Assembly (NCBI GenBank): GCA_041651735.1
Contig: JBAZIR010000002.1
Span: forward strand, 1 to 58,696
Reading direction: 5' to 3'
Source of the DNA: Verrucomicrobiia bacterium
GTDB taxonomy: Bacteria; Verrucomicrobiota; Verrucomicrobiia; CAIQCK01
DNA length: 58,696 bases
How positions within the stretch are numbered: the stretch's first letter is position 1; the number at the start of each line of letters is the position of its first letter. Below, piece after piece: positions 53,109-58,696 of this stretch. Under the pieces are notes generated by a model, which saw only the letters and a program-made list of their open reading frames with translations, was not told the origin of the DNA and made no database searches. The position numbers and the translations under genes were made by a program.

Positions 53109-54728
53109 TTACTTCTGTTCCTTCGTCTTCCGCCACAGCGTGGTGGTGCTGATGCCGAGGATTTTCGCCGCCTGCGTCTGGTTGCCCGCCACCGCCTGCA
53201 GCACCGCCTGAATGTGAGCCTGCTCTATTTCGGCCAGCGTCTTCAGGCTGGTTTCGCCAAAGGTGATTTGGCCCAACCCGGGTTGAACGACGTTCGAGGG
53301 CAGATGCTCCGGCAGAATCACGTGGTGGGCGCACAGCACGGTGGCGCGCTCCATCGCGTTTTCCAATTCGCGCACGTTGCCCGGCCAGGGATAGTCCAGC
53401 AGGAAATCCACGCAGGTCGCGTCGAGCCGCAGGTGCGGCTGCTTGAGCCGCTCGGCCAGTTGCTTCACGAAGTGACGCGCCAGCGGCAGGATGTCGTCTT
53501 TGCGCAGCCGCAGCGGCGGGATTTCAATTTCGATGACGCGCAGCCGGTAGAGCAGGTCTTCGCGAAAGCGCCCCTCGCGGACGGCTTGCAGCAGGTTGCG
53601 ATTGGTGGCCGCGATGATGCGCACGTCAATCTTGCGCGGCTCATTCTCGCCGATGCGCAGGATTTCCCGCTCTTGCAGGACGCGCAGCAACTTCATTTGC
53701 ATCGCCGGCGTGATGTCGCCGATCTCGTCGAGGAAGATGGTGCCTTTCTCCGCCTGCTCAAACAGGCCGGCGCGGTCGCGTGTGGCGCCGGTGAACGCGC
53801 CGGCTTTGTGGCCGAAAAGCTCGCTCTCCAGCAACGTCTCCGGCAGGGCGGTGCAGTTGACGCCCACGAACGGCCGGGCGGTGCGCGGCGATTGGCGATG
53901 AATGAAACGCGCCAGTACTTCCTTGCCGGTGCCGGTTTCGCCGTTGATGAGCACCGACGAATCGAATTGCGCCACGCGGGTGGCCAGTTCGAGCACGCGC
54001 CGGAACGCCTCGCTCCGGACTTCGATGAACGGCGACTTGGGTGTGCCCACGCCCCAGCCAAGCAGTTTGCGTTGCGCGGCCAGCTCGCGCGATTTGCGGC
54101 GCAATTCCTGCGACAATGTTTTCACTTTGCCCCAGATATCGTTGGCCTGGAAAAACGGCAGATGCGGCTTGAGTTCACCACCCCACGAAGCCTCGTCCCT
54201 GCCGGTGGCAATGCAACTGCGGTCACCGCAGGCCTCGCACTGGCTCTCGATGAAATAGACGTTGCGGCCCAGACAAAACGAGCAGTAGCCGCTGGCGTAG
54301 CCGACGTGTATCCAACACGCGGGGTGCGCCGCCTTGCCGATCTCCATCAGGTGTTCCTCCGCCTCGCCGGAATCGTGCCAGACCACTTCCATCTGAAAAC
54401 GGCCGGTGGCCTCGTCCATTTCCAGCTTGCGAATGATGGTGCGGTTGGCGCCTTGCAGCGTGTGCAAACGCGCGCCGGCTTTGATGAGTTCAGTCAGGTT
54501 GTCCCACTCAAAAACGCGCTTCATCGCGGCGGCGTCAGCCTGGCCCCAGAAATAACCAAACCGCGTCAGGATGCGGCGGGCGTGATCCGCGCCCACCATG
54601 TCAAAGAGGTCTTTACGAAACTGCGCAAAGGCATGGATGTTGTGCAGCACCATCCGCCGCTCTTTCAAGGTCAGGCGGCCTTCGGCGAAATCGACTAGTT
54701 CTTCAAGTTTTAGATCCGCAGCTTTCAT
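53109..54728 (-). CDS. sigma-54-dependent transcriptional activator, XylR_N/V4R sensor type
   Basis: N-terminus: XylR/DmpR-like plus V4R (HVGYASGYCSFCLGRNVYFIESQCEACGDRSCI). AAA+ module: GETGTGKEVLARFIH, ESELFGHKAGAFTGA (GAFTGA), RIIAATN. C-terminal Fis-type HTH (NQTQAAKILGISTTTLWRK). Confidence 0.9.
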   Translation of the reverse strand: MKAADLKLEELVDFAEGRLTLKERRMVLHNIHAFAQFRKDLFDMVGADHARRILTRFGYFWGQADAAAMKRVFEWDNLTELIKAGARLHTLQGANRTIIRKLEMDEATGRFQMEVVWHDSGEAEEHLMEIGKAAHPACWIHVGYASGYCSFCLGRNVYFIESQCEACGDRSCIATGRDEASWGGELKPHLPFFQANDIWGKVKTLSQELRRKSRELAAQRKLLGWGVGTPKSPFIEVRSEAFRRVLELATRVAQFDSSVLINGETGTGKEVLARFIHRQSPRTARPFVGVNCTALPETLLESELFGHKAGAFTGATRDRAGLFEQAEKGTIFLDEIGDITPAMQMKLLRVLQEREILRIGENEPRKIDVRIIAATNRNLLQAVREGRFREDLLYRLRVIEIEIPPLRLRKDDILPLARHFVKQLAERLKQPHLRLDATCVDFLLDYPWPGNVRELENAMERATVLCAHHVILPEHLPSNVVQPGLGQITFGETSLKTLAEIEQAHIQAVLQAVAGNQTQAAKILGISTTTLWRKTKEQK

Positions 54729-54758
54729 TTACGTCATTTCATTTTGAAATCGTGTAAT

Positions 54759-54816
54759 TGCAACTTGCATGACCATAGCACCCTTTCTCACATCGCAATT
54801 CCGCTTTTTTGCGGAA
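54759..54816. promoter_or_regulatory. candidate activator-binding palindromes (UAS) in the divergent control region
   Basis: TGCAAcTTGCA (54759-54769) and TTCCGC-TTTTTT-GCGGAA (54799-54816) lie 45-100 bp upstream of the -24/-12 element in an AT-rich spacer. Confidence 0.3.
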
Positions 54817-54846
54817 AACGCACTGTTCTTTGCAGGCGCTCCCGGT

Positions 54847-54862
54847 TGGCATCCGGATTGCA
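54847..54862 (+). promoter_or_regulatory. sigma-54 (-24/-12) promoter
   Basis: TGGCATccggaTTGCA has the exact GG-N10-GC spacing and 10 of 11 core positions of the TGGCAC-N5-TTGCA consensus. It is 40-67 nt upstream of the M20 gene start candidates and divergent from a sigma-54 activator gene. Confidence 0.7.
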
Positions 54863-54928
54863 ATAGGAGAGTCACCGCTCGCAAGGGCGGCTTGAAATGA
54901 AATGCGAAATAGAAAGGTTCTAATAATC

Positions 54929-56143
54929 ATGTATTCGATTTTGAAAAATAAAAATGAAGGGCTGAAGCAGAATACCCTGGCGTTTGCGGAGGAACTGGTG
55001 CGTGTTCCCAGCGTAACGTTGAACGAAGCCAAGATCGCCGGTTTGGTGGAAGCCAAGATGCGGGAAATCGGCTACGACAAAGTGTTCCGCGATGACGCGG
55101 GCAACGTCGTTGGCGTGATGCTTGGCCGCGAAGCCGAGCCGACGGTGCTGCTCAACAGCCATCTCGATACCGTTGCGTCGCCGGAGGGCAACCCGCCCCG
55201 GATTGAGAACGGCCGGCTCTACGGCACGGGCGCGGCAGATTGCAAGGGCGGCCTTGCGGCGCAGGTGTTCACCGGCGCGCTGTTGCGCCGCAGCTTGCTG
55301 CCATTGCGCGGCAATCTGGTGGTGGCCGCGACCGTGGCCGAGGAAAATGGCCGCAGCACTGGCGTGCGCGTGTTGATGGAACGCACGCTGCCGCTGCTGG
55401 GCATGAAGCCGACGTTCGCCATCCTCGGCGAGCCGACCGGGCTGGGACTGTATTATGGTCACGATGGCTGGATGGAAATAGACGTCGTTGTTGAAGGCGC
55501 GAATCCATTCCACGTGGACGACGTGACGAAGGCTATTTACGACGACTTTGGCGCCAACCGGCAACGCAGGGGCGTGCGCCCGGCCCATGAGCCAGAGACC
55601 CTGGCCGTTCGGAAACCGCGCTTTGAAACCGTCGGCGACTTCCGCCGTGCCACCATTCCCATGACGCGCCGGCTGGGCTTCGGCGAGGACGCGGGCAGTG
55701 TGGTGAACCAACTCCAGCACGACGCGGAAATGGTGTATCAATCCGGCGGCGGCGTGGCGGTGGAAGTGGCCGTGCGCAAGGAAACCAAGCGCATGTACAA
55801 CGGCATGGCCACAACGGTGCAGCACATCACGCACGCGTGGGCCATTGATCCGTTTCACCCGCTCTTCAGCCGCGCGTGCCAGTCGCTGGCCGCCGCTGAT
55901 TGCGAAGTGCGGCCCGCCAAATGGCAGCTCGGCCGTCTCGGCATGGGCACCGCCGGCAGCGTGCTGGTCAAGGAATTCAACGTGCCCGCCATCGGCTACG
56001 GCCCTGGCGGCGAGGCGCAAGCGCACGTGGCGGACGAATATGTCGAAACCGCCAAAATCACCGAGGCCGTTTATGGCACCACCGCGATGGTGCATGGCCT
56101 GATTGGCATCCCGGTCTGCGGCTGGACGTCAGACGAGATATAA
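54929..56143 (+). CDS. M20 family metallopeptidase/deacylase (ArgE/DapE/YgeY-like)
   Basis: LVRVPSVT, metal ligands in NSHLDTV, GTGAADCKGG, VAEENG, LGEPT, AHVADEYV. An alternative start at ATG 54902 (track ORF) cannot be excluded. Confidence 0.85.
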   Translation: MYSILKNKNEGLKQNTLAFAEELVRVPSVTLNEAKIAGLVEAKMREIGYDKVFRDDAGNVVGVMLGREAEPTVLLNSHLDTVASPEGNPPRIENGRLYGTGAADCKGGLAAQVFTGALLRRSLLPLRGNLVVAATVAEENGRSTGVRVLMERTLPLLGMKPTFAILGEPTGLGLYYGHDGWMEIDVVVEGANPFHVDDVTKAIYDDFGANRQRRGVRPAHEPETLAVRKPRFETVGDFRRATIPMTRRLGFGEDAGSVVNQLQHDAEMVYQSGGGVAVEVAVRKETKRMYNGMATTVQHITHAWAIDPFHPLFSRACQSLAAADCEVRPAKWQLGRLGMGTAGSVLVKEFNVPAIGYGPGGEAQAHVADEYVETAKITEAVYGTTAMVHGLIGIPVCGWTSDEI

Positions 56144-56150
56144 TCCAAAC

Positions 56151-56182
56151 GCCGGCTGCCTCATGAAACCGAGGCAGCCGGC
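56151..56182 (+). terminator. 12-bp perfect GC-rich hairpin after the M20 gene (possible terminator or processing site)
   Basis: gccggctgcctc (56151-56162), loop atgaaacc, gaggcagccggc (56171-56182). It starts 8 nt after the stop and has no downstream T-tract. Confidence 0.4.
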
Positions 56183-56307
56183 GGAAAAACATTCACTTGC
56201 AGATGGGTGATCAGGGTTTGGAGTCTGGAAGAATGCTTCTTCCGACGCCGCCTGCTGCGGATGGAAGCATATCTTCCACCAGCGAGTCACCTTTGTTTGG
56301 AGAAGTT

Positions 56308-57702
56308 ATGAATATTCTAGTCTTCAACTGTGGCAGTTCGTCGCTCAAGTATCGCCTGTTGGCGATGCCCGAGGCGATCGAACTGACCGGCGGTGAGGCC
56401 CAACGCGTGGGTCCTCCCACCGCCAAGCCGTCTGTCATTCTCTATCATGTCGGCAAGGAAAAATTCACCAAGGAAGTCCCCATGGCCAACCATGCGGCAG
56501 CGTTCGAGGAAGTGATGAAGCTGCTGATGCAGGATGAGAAACTCCGTCCTGACGCCGTCGGCCACCGGCTCGTTCATGGCGGGACGTTTTTCCGCAACCC
56601 CACCGTCGTCACCGGCGATGTGATGCAGAAGCTGGAAGCCATTCGCGACCTGGCGCCGCTGCACAATCCGCCCGCGATGGCGCTCATGTATGCGTGCCAG
56701 GAACGCTATCCCGCCCTGCCACAAGTGGCGGTGTTTGACACGGCGTTTCACGGCACGATTCCCGAAAAGGCTTACACCTACGCATTGCCCGGTGCGATTC
56801 GTGACGAACTCGGCATCCGCAAGTACGGCTTCCACGGCACCAGCCATCAGTTCGTGATGGAAGAAGCCGCCGCCTTCTTGAAGAAGCCGGTCGCGCAGTT
56901 CAACGCCGTGAGCTGCCACCTCGGCAGCGGCGGCGCCAGCTTGTGCGCCATCGTCAACGGCCAGTCGGTGGACAACACCATGGGCTATTCGCCCTTGCAG
57001 GGCCTGGTCATGAGCACCCGTTGCGGCGACCTCGATCCCGCCGTCACCATGCAACTGTTGGCCCAGACCGACGGCGACGGTCAGAAAGTTCTTTCCCTGC
57101 TCAACAACAAGAGCGGCGTGCTGGGGCTGACCGGCTCCACCGCCGACATCCGCGATGTCCTCGCCAATCCGCTGTCCGCGACCGGTGAGAAAAGCGCGCG
57201 GCTCACCCAGACCGAGCAGGTCTATGTGTGGCGCTTGCGCAAATACCTCGGCGCATATCTGGCGGTGGTCGGCCAGCCCGACGCGGTAATTTTCACCGAC
57301 ACCATCGGCGAGACCGTGCCCCAGGTGCGCTGGGCCATGTGCGCCGACATGGCGGCCTTCGGCATGAAAATGGACGCCAAGAAAAACGCCCACGTCACCC
57401 AATACCCAACCGACGTAGCCGCCGCTGACAGTGCCGTTCGCATTCTGGTCGTGCAGACCAACGAGGAACTGGCCATCGCCCGGCGGACTTTCCTGACGCT
57501 GGACCACGCATCCCCGGCGCTGGAGCGTGAAGCTCATTCCTCTTCGGCGGCCGAACCCTGCGAGAAGCCAACCCAAGTGCGCACTCCGGCCAACCTCGTT
57601 CCAAGCCAGGACAGTGTGAAAGGCACGCCGAAGATAAAGCGTCGCGCAACGTCCACCCAATCCACCGCCGAATCTTCCACGAGCAAAGGAATCCACGCAT
57701 GA
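56308..57702 (+). CDS. ackA: acetate kinase with ~65-aa Ser/Thr/Pro-rich C-terminal tail
   Basis: Start at ATG 56308 with a GGAGAAG SD. MNILVFNCGSSSLKY, GHRLVHGG, LAPLHNP, FDTAFH, YGFHGTSH, CHLGSGGAS, MSTRCGDLDP and QTNEELAIA are all canonical acetate/propionate kinase motifs. The tail runs DHASPALEREAHSSSAAEPCEKPTQ...STQSTAESSTSKGIHA. Confidence 0.92.
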   Translation: MNILVFNCGSSSLKYRLLAMPEAIELTGGEAQRVGPPTAKPSVILYHVGKEKFTKEVPMANHAAAFEEVMKLLMQDEKLRPDAVGHRLVHGGTFFRNPTVVTGDVMQKLEAIRDLAPLHNPPAMALMYACQERYPALPQVAVFDTAFHGTIPEKAYTYALPGAIRDELGIRKYGFHGTSHQFVMEEAAAFLKKPVAQFNAVSCHLGSGGASLCAIVNGQSVDNTMGYSPLQGLVMSTRCGDLDPAVTMQLLAQTDGDGQKVLSLLNNKSGVLGLTGSTADIRDVLANPLSATGEKSARLTQTEQVYVWRLRKYLGAYLAVVGQPDAVIFTDTIGETVPQVRWAMCADMAAFGMKMDAKKNAHVTQYPTDVAAADSAVRILVVQTNEELAIARRTFLTLDHASPALEREAHSSSAAEPCEKPTQVRTPANLVPSQDSVKGTPKIKRRATSTQSTAESSTSKGIHA

Positions 57703-58696
57703 ATGTGCTCATCCTAAAACCCGGTCAGCAGAAACTGGCCTTCAGCTACTTCTCGAACGGCTGGGACAAACCGGTGTGTACCGGCTTGCTGGCCGACTAC
57801 CGCAGCGCTGACGGCAGCCAGCATGCGCTGGCACACATCATCCGGCAGATCGCCACCGCCGCCGGAACGAACAAAGCGTGCGCGTCGCCGCAGATCATCG
57901 CCCTGCGTGGCGTCTATGGCGGCGAGGAATTCAAAGCGCCGACGCGGGTCACCCCCGAAGTCATCCAGCGGCTGGAAAAGCTGGTGCCACTCGCGCCATT
58001 GCATACGCCGCCGCTATTGGCGCTGATTCACGCTTGCGATGCCGCGTTTCCCAACGTGCCGGTGATCCTGATTTTTGAAACCGCCTTCTTCGTGAATCTG
58101 CCGGCGCGCGAATATCTCTACGCCGTGGACAAGAACCTTGCCAAGACGCCCGGTTTGCGCCGCTTCGGCTATCACGGCATCTGCCACGCCAACGCGTGCG
58201 CCCACATCGCGCGCAAACGGAACGCCATGGGCCTGACCAAGCCCGCGCGAGTTCTCTCCATTTGCCTGGAGGCCCGGCCCGAAGTCGCAGCCGTGCTGGG
58301 CAACAAACCGCTCATGGTCACCAGCGGCGCGACGCCGCTCGAAGGACTGCCCGGCCAGACCAGCTGCGGCGAGCTGGACCCCAGCATCGTCATCATGCTG
58401 GCGCAGAAAAAAGGCTGGGGGCCGGAGCAGATCAACGCCGTGCTTACACAGCAGAGCGGGTGGATGGGCCTGACCGGACGCATTACCGCGCTAGCGGAAA
58501 TTTTCAACTCAGACCAGCCGGAGTGCAAACTGGCGCGGGAGATTCTCCAATACCGCCTGCTGCAGGTGTGCGGCGCGGGCATGGCAGCGCTGGGCGGCGT
58601 GGATGCGATTGTCTTTTCAGGACGCTGCTCCGGTGTGGGTGTGGACCTGGGCCTTTGGCTGAAGCAACGGTTGGATTTCCAACACCAAGGCAACAA
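57699..58696 (+). CDS. divergent acetate-kinase-family (ASKHA) paralog with degenerate catalytic motifs (3' end beyond window)
   Basis: Not in the ORF track (no stop in window). ATG 57699 overlaps the ackA TGA (ATGA). My translation reads MNVLILKPGQQKLAF...ALRGVYGGEEF...LAPLHTPP...IFETAFF...RFGYHGICH...ICLEARPEV...SGATPLEGLPGQTSCGELDP...VDAIVFSGR. It is colinear with AckA, but NCGSSSLK, FDTAFH, HLGxG and GTR are altered. Confidence 0.75.
   Translation, partial: MNVLILKPGQQKLAFSYFSNGWDKPVCTGLLADYRSADGSQHALAHIIRQIATAAGTNKACASPQIIALRGVYGGEEFKAPTRVTPEVIQRLEKLVPLAPLHTPPLLALIHACDAAFPNVPVILIFETAFFVNLPAREYLYAVDKNLAKTPGLRRFGYHGICHANACAHIARKRNAMGLTKPARVLSICLEARPEVAAVLGNKPLMVTSGATPLEGLPGQTSCGELDPSIVIMLAQKKGWGPEQINAVLTQQSGWMGLTGRITALAEIFNSDQPECKLAREILQYRLLQVCGAGMAALGGVDAIVFSGRCSGVGVDLGLWLKQRLDFQHQGN

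Noticed and set aside
1-58696. Searched by eye for tRNA/rRNA/tmRNA, CRISPR repeat arrays, IS elements, integrases, toxin-antitoxin pairs and known defence genes.
   Set aside because: No regularly spaced direct repeats, no tRNA-like T-arm (GGTTCGAATCC-type) in intergenic regions, and no transposase, recombinase, nuclease or helicase-type ORFs were recognised. A computational scan (tRNAscan, Infernal, defence-system HMM sets) would be needed for certainty.
56308-58696. Idea that the acetate kinase pair marks the edge of a PVC-type bacterial microcompartment (BMC) locus, with the AckA tail as an encapsulation peptide.
   Set aside because: No BMC shell (BMC-H or BMC-P), aldehyde dehydrogenase or PduL genes are in the window. 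The tail is Ser/Thr/Pro-rich and disordered-looking rather than an amphipathic helix. This cannot be assessed without downstream sequence.

Overview
High-GC (roughly 60-65% by eye), densely coding bacterial chromosomal segment. The gene content (Tat-signal Gfo/Idh/MocA oxidoreductase, PmoA/DUF6807, sulfatase, FG-GAP, DUF4159, hybrid XylR/AraC regulator) suggests a PVC-superphylum organism (Verrucomicrobiota/Planctomycetota-like), but that is inference only. I support 44 CDS. Three are absent from the ORF track: two edge-truncated genes and a 48-aa zinc-ribbon gene. I found no rRNA, tRNA, CRISPR array, transposase or integrase. Main blocks: (1) 1-7000, housekeeping genes plus a DUF4159/FG-GAP envelope pair. 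(2) 7051-20718, a uronate/sulfated-glycan utilisation locus: PmoA-like, UxuA, hexuronate-type MFS, URO-D-like, malectin-tailed glycosidase, divergent XylR/AraC regulator, Tat glycosidase-like protein, sulfatase, Gfo/Idh/MocA. (3) 20881-28397: PagL-like, purN, an extended sigma-70 factor divergent from an OM barrel, and an NfeD-flotillin-beta-carbonic-anhydrase operon. (4) 28623-30615, a low-GC two-gene island of secreted unknowns. (5) 30678-35113: M16 peptidase/LOG, a terpene-cyclase-repeat membrane protein, a LolA-like protein. (6) 35496-50209, a co-directional envelope string: DUF3300, DUF2950, MFP, two roughly 75%-identical RND pumps, OMF, two DUF lipoprotein-like genes, and a Memo-AMMECR1 fusion. 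(7) 50298-58696: metallophosphoesterase, cysteine desulfurase, and a V4R-type sigma-54 activator divergent from a clean -24/-12 promoter that drives an M20 peptidase, followed by a canonical acetate kinase translationally coupled to a motif-degenerate acetate-kinase paralog. The best candidates for undescribed biology are the DUF3300/DUF2950-RND supercluster, the sigma-54/V4R-controlled M20-AckA-pseudoAckA unit, the low-GC island and the orphan Memo-AMMECR1 fusion. No recognisable defence or mobile system is present. All family calls come from motif recognition by eye, and none were database-verified.
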